In this document: positions 29,451 through 37,888 of the stretch, piece by piece
Layout: each line of letters starts with the position of its first letter
Position numbering within the stretch: position 1 is the stretch's first letter
IMG/VR virus record: IMGVR_UViG_3300034280_000973
Span: 5,774 to 69,773 of that record
Origin: a virus
Direction: 5' to 3' (one strand)
Length of the DNA: 64,000 bases
Made by a program: the position numbers and the translations under genes
Notes under the pieces: generated by a model
Databases searched by the model: none
What the model saw: only the letters and a program-made list of their open reading frames with translations
Told to the model about the DNA's origin: nothing

Positions 29451-29700
29451 GAAACCCCAGCGGGTCTAAACGAATCTGGTCTTCCGCTCGTTGTTCGTTA
29501 AAATATCTGTCGATTTGTTTTTGCCAAGGCTTGTTTATTTCATCTAGATAATCAGCAATTATTCTGAGGTCATCAGAGCTTAAAAAGCCCCTACTTGGTT
29601 CGGGCCAGTAGCAATAAAATCCATCATCGCCCGCGATTACTTCTTTACGTTCTTGAATAATATCAATTAGCTTTTTCTTTTTTTCTTCTCTAAAATCCAT
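29443..29700 (-). CDS. Hypothetical protein
   Basis: ORF in operon. Confidence 0.6.
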   Translation of the reverse strand: MDFREEKKKKLIDIIQERKEVIAGDDGFYCYWPEPSRGFLSSDDLRIIADYLDEINKPWQKQIDRYFNEQRAEDQIRLDPLGFHE

Positions 29701-29882
29701 ACAAGTCGTATCCTTCTTCTGACAATTTTATGAAAGCATAACAATCAGATAGATTTCCGGCAAAAACTTCTGCGTTAAATAGTCTACAATAGACAATATA
29801 AAGAAGATCGTCAGATACACTTTTTTTTATGTAAAATTCTTTATTCATATTTTAAACTTTTAAATTATTGTGAGTTTTTATA

Positions 29883-30107
29883 CTAACGATCATTTGGGTC
29901 ATAAAAATCAGCCAGCTTTAGACAAACAATTTCTTCTTCTAGACTGGCAACTTCATTACGCAGATAGTCTATAGTATCGTTAAGACCATTAATTTTATTT
30001 TCTAGAGATTCCATATATGAAATAATTTTGCTTGAATGTTGCGGGTCAATATTTTGTAATAATAGTTTAAGTTCTTGAGAAGTTTTCATTAGAAGTTCCT
30101 TATTCAA
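29883..30107 (-). CDS. Coiled-coil hypothetical protein
   Basis: ORF. Confidence 0.5.
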   Translation of the reverse strand: MNKELLMKTSQELKLLLQNIDPQHSSKIISYMESLENKINGLNDTIDYLRNEVASLEEEIVCLKLADFYDPNDR

Positions 30108-30109
30108 TT

Positions 30110-30484
30110 TTATTCATGTAATTCATGTCCTTCTTCACAGTCTATTTCGATTTCAGTTGTAGTTATAAAATTTTTCCATTTTTTTAAGAAATGCATACGA
30201 GATATGGCAGTATCTTTATTATAAAATGTATATACTACACCGTTTTTAGATATCACAAGATATAATTTAGTTTTAATTCTAGGCTTATCTTCTATAAGAT
30301 CACGACTATTATTGTGATCAGGGCCGTAGTAATAACCGTTTTCGTCCCACGTTTCAATATGCCATTCTTTTTCGTCTTCAGAATAAATTGCTCCATGCAC
30401 CGGATGTATACCACCGCCACCTATAGTATAAAGCCGGACTCTGGAGCCTGAACGAGTTTGATATTTTTTATCTAAGCTAATCAT
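30110..30484 (-). CDS. Phage hypothetical protein
   Basis: YQTRSG..VR..GAI...W..NG...DL. Confidence 0.65.
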   Translation of the reverse strand: MISLDKKYQTRSGSRVRLYTIGGGGIHPVHGAIYSEDEKEWHIETWDENGYYYGPDHNNSRDLIEDKPRIKTKLYLVISKNGVVYTFYNKDTAISRMHFLKKWKNFITTTEIEIDCEEGHELHE

Positions 30485-30485
30485 T

Positions 30486-31385
30486 TTATATTAATTTATA
30501 CCTTTCTAAAACTTGTCCGATTTCACGCATTGCCTGTTCCGTAATTGTACTTTCTTTGTAGCACTTGTCAAGCGTTCCGTAGTGAGTTTCTAAACAACTT
30601 AATAATAAAGACTTAATTTTTTGCTCGTCGGGCTTGTGCTGTAGTTTAGACGAAGCATATAAAGCATTTAGCTGCAACTCTTTTTCGCCGAACCACCTTA
30701 GAATCTCTTCCTTCGGGACTTCGCCCCTGCGGATACGCTTCAAATGTTCATTATGCCTGCGTAAATCTAATGTTCCTTCGGTAAGAATCATTTCGCATTC
30801 GTAGGCAAGTCTAACCAAATGGCTTGCGTATTTTACATCGAATCCATGCTTCTCTATAAGCTCGGCACGTTTACCCTCGGGATTTTTTAGCTCCATCTTA
30901 TGTAGCTGACTGTGAGCGTAACCTAAAAATTTATGAAAGCATCCTTTGTGTAAAAAGATATCTCTATTATCGCGAACCATTTTTCCGACTTGCGTGCTAT
31001 GAAGCACGCATTCGTATGGAGTATATAAAGTATCAATCATGTTTGGATTATTTTCCATGCACAACTGAAAATACTTTACGATAGAATAAATTGTAATATC
31101 GTAAGTTCTTCCTTTATTAGCTAAAGCCGTAGCATCATGCATTCCGTGCTGCTGAAACTGTTCAAATCTCTGGATTTGTCTACCGAATCCGAAAATTTCG
31201 CCACGAAGATGCGGAAAAACATCCTCTTTCGGAGGAATGCACCAACCGTATACATCATAATCGGAAGAATCCGAAGACATTCCGTATGCAATAGAACCTG
31301 TTACGGTTTCATACATAATGTTGTCGGACAACCATTTAGGCGGCGAAATTAAATTTTTAGATTTAAGATATTGAACAGTATTCAT
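30486..31385 (-). CDS. Pol-beta superfamily nucleotidyltransferase (RlaP-like)
   Basis: GSIAYG..SDYDVYG, NNPNMID, KYASHLVRL; coupled to RNA ligase. Confidence 0.85.
   Translation of the reverse strand: MNTVQYLKSKNLISPPKWLSDNIMYETVTGSIAYGMSSDSSDYDVYGWCIPPKEDVFPHLRGEIFGFGRQIQRFEQFQQHGMHDATALANKGRTYDITIYSIVKYFQLCMENNPNMIDTLYTPYECVLHSTQVGKMVRDNRDIFLHKGCFHKFLGYAHSQLHKMELKNPEGKRAELIEKHGFDVKYASHLVRLAYECEMILTEGTLDLRRHNEHLKRIRRGEVPKEEILRWFGEKELQLNALYASSKLQHKPDEQKIKSLLLSCLETHYGTLDKCYKESTITEQAMREIGQVLERYKLI
30544..30571 (-). promoter_or_regulatory. Promoter TTGACA-N16-TACAAT within NTase 3' end
   Basis: TTGACAagtgctacaaagaaagTACAAT. Confidence 0.55.
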
Positions 31386-32650
31386 TAGCTTTCCTGACTT
31401 TCTACATCAACATCGCCCGTATCAAGTTGTTTAGTTTCATGTGCTAAAAATACGGGAGATTTGGCCTTATAAAAATTCGGCATCATTCCTTCGGTGCGGA
31501 CGATTACGCCTTCATCGCAAGGAGAATTCTTCGCAAGTTTTACGCACTGCAAAAGCCCGAGATCTTTAGCATAGCATACATCCATATACTTGTCAACATC
31601 AAAGTCAGACTTTTTTCCTCTCCATACTTCGGGAGTATAAGAAAGCCCGGTAACTTGGCAAAATTCTTTAACGGCATCCCAAGACAAATCAACGGATACA
31701 CCATCAGGATTGACCACTGAAACTCTATAGATATAGAGCTTATGTTGGCCCGGCTCGCATTCATAAGAATAGTTCTTTTGAATTTCTGAATCGCCAATAT
31801 ATCCTACTATTTCTCCGTATAGTACATAATTCTTAGGAATTAGATGCTTGATTTCATCAAGGACTTCATTCCAAATATCCTTCTTATAGTAATGTTGAAA
31901 ATTAGTATCTGCCTTAGTATCTTTGATTACTCGACGGGAAGCCGCAAAATAATCATAAGTCTTATCGTTAATGTTAAAACCAAGACGCTTCAAAACTCGC
32001 TCAAAAAATCCAAGCTTGCGTCGGCAAATTTGGTGTGCAAATCTTCCGCTGGTTCCGTGAATTTTTTGAGCGACAACAATATCACAGTCTTCTGCGATAA
32101 GATGTTCATTTTTCAAGTAGTGCGAAGTATCAATATGTTCCGGCAAAAGCTTGGTATCAATTCGCGGGCCTTCCTTAAGTTTAGGATTCTTTTGGTTAGC
32201 ACCGTTCTTTTGGAAAGTTTTGATTACATACTTAGTACATACTTCAACTCCATTAATATGAGTAAAAGTATCTCCTTCTTTCAGTAGATTGGTATCCACG
32301 CCATCAAAACAAGCCAAAGAATCCAGAGGCATAAGTAGTGCCGAAGATACATGCTTTCTAAGCTTGACAGCACGAATGCGGCGATTATCTTCGATATAAC
32401 CGGTCTTTTCCGTATCGGAATTTTTAGTTCCGTCGCGATACAAATTGTTGTACTTACAATACGCATCAGCAAGCTGGGTTTCCGCCGTAAACAAAACCGC
32501 CAAACCACCCACGCTAGTATCCTTTGAAACAAGCGAGGAAAATCCAAAGAATTGTACACCCTTAAGATTATCCAGACCCGGAAGATCTACCAATGCATGA
32601 ACACGTACAATTGTAGCACAATAATTTTCGTTTTGAACTTCAAGCTTCAT
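31385..32650 (-). CDS. RNA ligase (Rnl2/DRB0094-like) with N-terminal OB-like domain
   Basis: KIHG, LYGEIVG, EGVIVR, KAKS; start MKLEVQ (GAGG SD). Confidence 0.85.
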   Translation of the reverse strand: MKLEVQNENYCATIVRVHALVDLPGLDNLKGVQFFGFSSLVSKDTSVGGLAVLFTAETQLADAYCKYNNLYRDGTKNSDTEKTGYIEDNRRIRAVKLRKHVSSALLMPLDSLACFDGVDTNLLKEGDTFTHINGVEVCTKYVIKTFQKNGANQKNPKLKEGPRIDTKLLPEHIDTSHYLKNEHLIAEDCDIVVAQKIHGTSGRFAHQICRRKLGFFERVLKRLGFNINDKTYDYFAASRRVIKDTKADTNFQHYYKKDIWNEVLDEIKHLIPKNYVLYGEIVGYIGDSEIQKNYSYECEPGQHKLYIYRVSVVNPDGVSVDLSWDAVKEFCQVTGLSYTPEVWRGKKSDFDVDKYMDVCYAKDLGLLQCVKLAKNSPCDEGVIVRTEGMMPNFYKAKSPVFLAHETKQLDTGDVDVESQES

Positions 32651-32667
32651 AATAACCTCAAAAAATA

Positions 32668-32738
32668 TTGCGGGCACTGGAATCGAACCAGTAGCTTCGG
32701 CTTATGAGACCGACGAGTTGCCTTTACTCTAGCCCGCA
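32668..32738 (-). tRNA. tRNA-Met(CAT), initiator-like, no encoded CCA
   Basis: TGCGGGC/GCCCGCA acceptor, TCGGT-CTCATAA-GCCGA, T loop TTCGATT. Confidence 0.9.
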
Positions 32739-32759
32739 GAATATAGAAACAAAAAAAAG

Positions 32760-32832
32760 CACGCAGGGCTGGATTTGAACCAGCAGCGGTTCGCTTCAAA
32801 GGCGAATGCTCTACCAATTGAGCTACCTGCGA
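32760..32832 (-). tRNA. tRNA-Gln(TTG)
   Basis: GCTC/GAGC D stem, TTCGC-CTTTGAA-GCGAA, T loop TTCAAAT. Confidence 0.88.
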
Positions 32833-32842
32833 ATATGCGACT

Positions 32843-32870
32843 ATTATAGCACGCTTTTACGGGCTGTCAA
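32843..32870 (-). promoter_or_regulatory. Promoter TTGACA-N16-TATAAT for tRNA/RNA-ligase unit
   Basis: TTGACAgcccgtaaaagcgtgcTATAAT. Confidence 0.85.
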
Positions 32871-32871
32871 G

Positions 32872-33342
32872 TCATTCAAACAAAAGATCGGCAGTATTTT
32901 CAAGAATTCTTGTGAGTTGCGGAGACAAACTGAATCTGTTAGCGTTGATTTCTATAGATTTTCGAATGTTTCCATCGCTATGTCGTTCGCTAGCGGCCTT
33001 CCAGTCGCAAAGCATTTCTAGAATATCGATTAAATTCATATCATTAACGCCGTCCTTATGATGTTCGGGATGATGCCTATTATTAGCGTAATGATGATCT
33101 AAAGCGGGCTTAATTGCTTGTAAGTACCCCTTATACTCATCACTGCCATAAGTACATGTCGCAAGCTTAGGAGTATATTTAGTAAAATATTCTACCTCTG
33201 GCGAAACAAGTTTTGATTGGTCATGTTTAGCTCCCCTCATTAAAATTTCAATAGTACATACTGTTAGTAAATTTCTTACTCTTTCAATATGTCTAAAAGT
33301 ATCATTATTACAAGCTTTTTGGGCTTCCGTTAAATTTTCCAT
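32872..33342 (-). CDS. HD-like protein (DUF5662-like)
   Basis: HDQSKL, HHYANNRHHPEHH, EMLCDWKAA. Confidence 0.8.
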   Translation of the reverse strand: MENLTEAQKACNNDTFRHIERVRNLLTVCTIEILMRGAKHDQSKLVSPEVEYFTKYTPKLATCTYGSDEYKGYLQAIKPALDHHYANNRHHPEHHKDGVNDMNLIDILEMLCDWKAASERHSDGNIRKSIEINANRFSLSPQLTRILENTADLLFE

Positions 33343-33536
33343 AGTTTATTCTACCTTTGTTATAAGTTCAATTATAAAACTAATTGTTATACCGATTACT
33401 GCGATAACTAAACACTGGCCACCAGCTTCTATAATATCGATGAAAATCATAAGTTATTAACTCCTTACTAGATCTAGTGATCTATCATTAATGTTTGCTA
33501 TTGCGAATGTTTTTTACAGGATGCCCACCATTGGTT

Positions 33537-33809
33537 TTATCTTGCCAATTCATTTATTTTCCTGTTGATATATTCTTCAAGCTCATTAGCGATTTTTATA
33601 TAAGATTCTCTTAAAGAATGAAACTTTTCATCTTCAATATGACCAAAAGCTGAATAGCATCTAAAACAATAATCAAAACCCTCGTCGCTAATTTTATCTT
33701 GAATGTATTTAAACTGTTCTAGTAAATCTTTATTCATGATTAAGTGTTGTCTATCGTTTCTGCTACTGAAACTGTAAGAAAGAAAAACCCGACTGCATAA
33801 ACAACCCAT
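33537..33809 (-). CDS. Hypothetical protein (true start likely MNKDLL)
   Basis: ORF. Confidence 0.5.
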   Translation of the reverse strand: MGCLCSRVFLSYSFSSRNDRQHLIMNKDLLEQFKYIQDKISDEGFDYCFRCYSAFGHIEDEKFHSLRESYIKIANELEEYINRKINELAR

Positions 33810-33988
33810 CCGACATAGTATAAAATTTCCGCACCTTTAAATGGGTTATTGCCAAGCCAGTTTATTAGCATTGGCCATGCTGAAAATAAAGTTACAATCT
33901 GTAATGCATTAAAAAATCTCATATAATTCCTATTTATGAAAAAGTAAAACAAATAATTAATATAAAAACGCTTAAAACTATTAGCCAT
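33740..33988 (-). CDS. Small membrane protein
   Basis: Two hydrophobic segments. Confidence 0.5.
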   Translation of the reverse strand: MANSFKRFYINYLFYFFINRNYMRFFNALQIVTLFSAWPMLINWLGNNPFKGAEILYYVGWVVYAVGFFFLTVSVAETIDNT

Positions 33989-34028
33989 TCCATATTGATA
34001 CTAAAATAAATTAAAGAAATAAAAAATA

Positions 34029-34394
34029 TCACTCTTCGTTTTCGTTTACCGGCTCTAGATTCCAGCCGATAGGGGCAACGTATTCATAATTATTGCCCGT
34101 AAAATCTAAAACATATAAGTTTCCTGCTTTTCCAGAAAAAACTTTTGGGGTATTTTCGTAATTTTTAACCGTTACAATTTTATCTACGGCTCCATCAGGC
34201 CGCACCAATCTAACGCGATGCTCTTTTAATTGAGGAAGTATTTCAAATTTCTCTGTTTTCTCTGTTTTTTTCTCGTTATAAAATGTAACACCGAGAAAAA
34301 TAAGTCTCCCTAATGCCATTGCTGGAAGAATATAGTTTAAAGGAAATGCGTCATCATGTATCTTTTTCAAGCGGTTGTCATATTCTGCACTCAT
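34029..34394 (-). CDS. Hypothetical membrane-anchored protein
   Basis: AAGGAG SD. Confidence 0.6.
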   Translation of the reverse strand: MSAEYDNRLKKIHDDAFPLNYILPAMALGRLIFLGVTFYNEKKTEKTEKFEILPQLKEHRVRLVRPDGAVDKIVTVKNYENTPKVFSGKAGNLYVLDFTGNNYEYVAPIGWNLEPVNENEE

Positions 34395-34459
34395 TTATTG
34401 GCTCCTTATTGTTACGATTAGATTTCTACGGAACTCTGGCATCGGTTTTAACAATTAAT

Positions 34460-34530
34460 TGAAGCAGGATGGATTCGAACCACCGTCATTCGCCTCAACC
34501 GGCGACGTTCTACCACTGAACTACTGCTTC
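34460..34530 (-). tRNA. tRNA-like RNA with 6-nt anticodon loop (undetermined)
   Basis: Acceptor GAAGCAG/CTGCTTC, intact D and T arms; TCGCC-GGTTGA-GGCGA. Confidence 0.8.
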
Positions 34531-34544
34531 TCCATGATATTTTG

Positions 34545-34624
34545 CTTCCGATAGATTGACGGAAGTTATCCTAATGTCACGACGCTAGCTTCGTGGTATA
34601 TATCTCGTACTAGGAATGGACGAG
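34545..34624 (-). ncRNA. Candidate structured RNA: three tandem hairpins
   Basis: Intergenic inverted repeats cttccg/cggaag, cacga/tcgtg, ctcgt/acgag. Confidence 0.4.
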
Positions 34625-34651
34625 TTGATTCTAACATTTATGTCTGCGGTT

Positions 34652-34927
34652 CTATATGTAAAATATCGTATTCGCTGATTCTAAGCCATCAACTACGCCT
34701 TGTACATAGTTCAAATGACTGTCGTGGATAACTTCCATATCAACACCTTTTCTGGTCTTTCTCAGTCGTTCTTTTGCCTTAGCGATATCAGTCTCCAATC
34801 TTTCCGTATCAATGATGCGCTCAGCGATCATGTCTTTGCCACGAAGCGAATTATTAATATACTGCAAAAGCATATCTCCATAACCTTCATCGTGCTTGAT
34901 TTCTACAATAGTTTTTTTAAGTGCCAT
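34652..34927 (-). CDS. Hypothetical protein
   Basis: GAGG SD. Confidence 0.6.
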   Translation of the reverse strand: MALKKTIVEIKHDEGYGDMLLQYINNSLRGKDMIAERIIDTERLETDIAKAKERLRKTRKGVDMEVIHDSHLNYVQGVVDGLESANTIFYI

Positions 34928-34952
34928 AATTACCTCAAAATATTTTTTAAAA

Positions 34953-35093
34953 AGACCGGGCAGGATTGGCTACCTGCTTGCGGCGGCTGGGATGCGTTCG
35001 TTTGCCCAATTTTCTGCCGAGTCTCTACGGTTGCCCGCTTCTCTGGCCGATGCCGCTTGTTTCAAATCGTGGTTATCGCCACGCCGCCGATTC
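34953..35093 (-). ncRNA. GC-rich tRNA-like ncRNA with large central insertion
   Basis: D-like CGTGG/CCACG, T-like GCAGG/CCTGC, terminal ATCGG/CCGGT, GCGGC/GCCGC inner helix. Confidence 0.55.
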
Positions 35094-35100
35094 AGTTTCG

Positions 35101-35301
35101 CTATTCACTAGGAAATGCTGCGATGCGTTCGCCAAGAATCCGACTATACTGCTCCATTACGGAGTGTTGCCTATTTAATCGCCCCTGCTCGTCCGATGGT
35201 AAAGTATTGAAAACTTCAGTGCGTACGAATGCATCGAGCTTTGCCAGTTTCTCGTCCAACTCTCTTTTTTCTTGAATCACTCGTTCTTGATGTGGTTTCA
35301 T
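35101..35301 (-). CDS. Conserved small phage helical protein (crAss001_48-like)
   Basis: HQERVIQEKRELDEKLAKL...QHSVMEQYSRILGERI. Confidence 0.75.
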   Translation of the reverse strand: MKPHQERVIQEKRELDEKLAKLDAFVRTEVFNTLPSDEQGRLNRQHSVMEQYSRILGERIAAFPSE

Positions 35302-35370
35302 AATAAAGCTCCTACTCCGCCTAAAAATAAAACAAACCGAAGTGACGGAAACGACGGTTTATTATGGTTA

Positions 35371-35445
35371 ATGTCGGGATTGGATTCGAACCAACTAAAA
35401 TGAATGCTTTCACGCTTTCACGATTTCCGATGTGTCCTCCCGACT
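35371..35445 (-). ncRNA. Degenerate tRNA-like RNA
   Basis: GTCGGG/CCCGAC acceptor, GTTGG-TTCGAAT-CCAAT T arm; begins just after a promoter. Confidence 0.6.
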
Positions 35446-35451
35446 TTTCCA

Positions 35452-35479
35452 ATTATAACACAGGCGAAGCCTGTGTCAA
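35452..35479 (-). promoter_or_regulatory. Promoter TTGACA-N16-TATAAT with palindromic spacer
   Basis: TTGACAcaggcttcgcctgtgtTATAAT. Confidence 0.85.
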
Positions 35480-35486
35480 GAGTTTT

Positions 35487-36146
35487 CTAAAAAGGAACCT
35501 GAGAATCTTCCGGGGTTTCTGCCGATGCGGAAGCAGGAGCTTCTACAGCATCATTTCCCGAAAAATATGGACTCAAAACATTCCTATCAAAATCATTAGC
35601 TTGCTGGGCTAAATCTGCCGGAAGATAAGTTAATGTAAAGGCGGGATTGTAATACTTTACGCTACCCTTCTTTTGCTGCGGGCCTTTTTCACAACTAATG
35701 AGAGAGTCATAAACTTTAATAAGCTTATTCTTCTCTAAGAGATCGCTCCATTCTTTTAGTCCGCCCTTGTCTAACTGTAAACAGCATGGCTCCATAACTC
35801 CGTTTACTTCTGCAAGCATATAAACGTTGACAGTAAAATTCCCGCCAGCATTCTTAACTTCTTCCTTGATATCCTTGTAAAGTCCCGTTGCGATATCTTT
35901 ACCTTTAGTTTTAACTGCAAGTTCTTCGGTTAATGTTTTTACAACATTTGACCAAATACGGCTACTTGCAGCATCACACCAGCCAGTAATTGTAGATCTT
36001 GTGTCTAAAAGGACAAACTTAAGTTTATCCATTGTTACATTTTCTGTTCCATTCCAGTATGAAAAACTGCCGGTGTTTCCTTTAAAACTAAGCCAATACT
36101 TTACGGGGCTTTTTCCGCCCGATTTTCTTTGTGTTGTTCTACTCAT
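35487..36146 (-). CDS. Probable phage ssDNA-binding protein
   Basis: Aromatic-rich core with acidic tail ending EDSQVPF. Confidence 0.5.
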   Translation of the reverse strand: MSRTTQRKSGGKSPVKYWLSFKGNTGSFSYWNGTENVTMDKLKFVLLDTRSTITGWCDAASSRIWSNVVKTLTEELAVKTKGKDIATGLYKDIKEEVKNAGGNFTVNVYMLAEVNGVMEPCCLQLDKGGLKEWSDLLEKNKLIKVYDSLISCEKGPQQKKGSVKYYNPAFTLTYLPADLAQQANDFDRNVLSPYFSGNDAVEAPASASAETPEDSQVPF

Positions 36147-36157
36147 TTTAACCTTTC

Positions 36158-36589
36158 TTAAAATCCGCTACTACCAAAACCATTACTGCCACGTACAGTA
36201 ACATCTAATTCTTGTGCCTCGATAAAAGTAGCATCTTCGTATCTTTGTATAACTCCTTGAACTATTTTATCACCAACATTAACCTGCCAGTCTTTGTCGG
36301 TAGAAAGCAATACACCAATTTCTCCGCGATAAGATGGATCTATAACTCCCGCTAAAACGTCCGACCAATATTTATTGCTATTTCCAGACCTTGGCCATAG
36401 AAATAATCCATAGCCTGATGGAATAGAAAGAGCGATGCCAGTTTTAATCAATCTAGTTTCGCCCGCAGGAATAAAAACCGATTCAACAGAAAATAAGTCA
36501 TAGCCAACGCTTCCGCTTCCGAAATCTGTTTTATCGTTTTTTTCGGGCTTTCGGGCAAGTGTATTAAGTTTTTTATATTGTATAATCAT
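36158..36589 (-). CDS. dut: dUTPase (trimeric)
   Basis: GYDL, RSG, GVIDPSYRGEI, RGSNGFGSSG. Confidence 0.95.
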   Translation of the reverse strand: MIIQYKKLNTLARKPEKNDKTDFGSGSVGYDLFSVESVFIPAGETRLIKTGIALSIPSGYGLFLWPRSGNSNKYWSDVLAGVIDPSYRGEIGVLLSTDKDWQVNVGDKIVQGVIQRYEDATFIEAQELDVTVRGSNGFGSSGF

Positions 36590-36590
36590 A

Positions 36591-37019
36591 TTATTTTCCT
36601 AACATTCTTCTCATGCATCTATCGCATTTAAAAAATTCTGTATTATGTATTGGGTCTGTTTTTACTTTATTGTTACATACAGAGCAGACTACTTCGATTT
36701 TTTGATACTTAGGTCTATTTCTCGGGGTAAGAGCAATTTTTGGCGTAGTTTGTGCTTCTGCTCCTAACTCACCTAACTCCCCTGTGTCTTTCCAAGTATT
36801 TCCGCTCCATTTAACAGGCCCGGATTTTTGTGAAATATTATTTGTAATAGTTACAGTCTGAGTTTCAACTTGCTCTGTTTTTTTTCTTCTAACTTTTTTT
36901 GCTGGCTGTTTAGTCTCAGTTGCCTCAGGTTCTCCAAGTAACTGATTAGCCATTGCTACAAGTTCGGGATCATTTAGCAGTAAGCCTTTACGCAATAATT
37001 CTTTAGCTATTTCTTTCAT
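36591..37019 (-). CDS. Hypothetical protein with C-terminal zinc ribbon
   Basis: CSVC...CDRC. Confidence 0.6.
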   Translation of the reverse strand: MKEIAKELLRKGLLLNDPELVAMANQLLGEPEATETKQPAKKVRRKKTEQVETQTVTITNNISQKSGPVKWSGNTWKDTGELGELGAEAQTTPKIALTPRNRPKYQKIEVVCSVCNNKVKTDPIHNTEFFKCDRCMRRMLGK

Positions 37020-37476
37020 ATTTTTTACTATTAGATATTTGATTTATTAGATCTGCTATTTTTTTTATGTTTTCTATACGTTTTTCCACGCTTGTCAATC
37101 TAGCCTTAGAAACCAAAGCAAGCTTAAACAGTTTCAGAGCAAGCGGGTTTTGCTTAACTGCCGCATTGTATTTTAGCTCCCACTTGGTATATTTATCACC
37201 GTAATTTTCAATTTCTTTGGAAGAAATGAACAAAATTGACGATTCGGCAAAATCTAAAACTGACTTTTCTTTATTATAAAGCGATTGCAATCCGTCTATA
37301 TATTTATATAGTAGTATGCAATCTATTGCTAAATCTTCCGAGCTAGAAGACCTTAGTTCCTCGGGCGATTTATTTAAAATATGATCCACTCTACTCTTGT
37401 CAACAGGTAATGGAAGAAAAAAATCATTAATCCATTTATCTATATTATCAAGAAATACTTCATAACTATCTTTCAT
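37003..37476 (-). CDS. Helical hypothetical protein (possible recombination mediator)
   Basis: Helical/coiled-coil, near recA. Confidence 0.55.
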   Translation of the reverse strand: MKDSYEVFLDNIDKWINDFFLPLPVDKSRVDHILNKSPEELRSSSSEDLAIDCILLYKYIDGLQSLYNKEKSVLDFAESSILFISSKEIENYGDKYTKWELKYNAAVKQNPLALKLFKLALVSKARLTSVEKRIENIKKIADLINQISNSKKYERNS

Positions 37477-37888
37477 TGATTTTAGCCATCCATTCTTCTT
37501 CCGATTCGTTATGGTTTAAATACACAATCGTTATATCATTTAATTCACACCACTCTTTTTTCTTTCTATCTCGGGCTTGAGCCTTATAGAAATCTAGCTT
37601 ATTTTTATGAAAGAATCTTATGTGTTTATCATGCTGTTCTCCATTGACCTCTACTATAAGGTTTCGGGATGGAATGAAAAAATCAGCATACAGTAAAGAT
37701 CCTCCGGTGCTAGTTTTTGTGCCGGGCAAAGTTACTTCTTCATGTATAATATCAAAAGGGAATATATTTGTGAGTATTTCTCTTGCTTTTAAATGTAGCT
37801 TTGATCTATTCTGATCATTTTTGCCAGCAGATGTTTTTGTGTGAAAAGTTAATTTATGTTCTTTTCCGTCTAGTCCTAAAAGTTTCAT
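37466..37888 (-). CDS. DUF559/Vsr-like endonuclease
   Basis: ADFFIP..IVEVNGEQH...DRKKKEWC. Confidence 0.75.
   Translation of the reverse strand: MKLLGLDGKEHKLTFHTKTSAGKNDQNRSKLHLKAREILTNIFPFDIIHEEVTLPGTKTSTGGSLLYADFFIPSRNLIVEVNGEQHDKHIRFFHKNKLDFYKAQARDRKKKEWCELNDITIVYLNHNESEEEWMAKINER

Noticed and set aside
32650-32677. Track start of the RNA ligase at 32677
   Set aside because: Overlaps the tRNA-Met 3' end; ATG at 32650 has an SD.
34603-34615. rRNA gene fragment
   Set aside because: Only 13 nt match with no flanking rRNA similarity; kept as a low-score finding.
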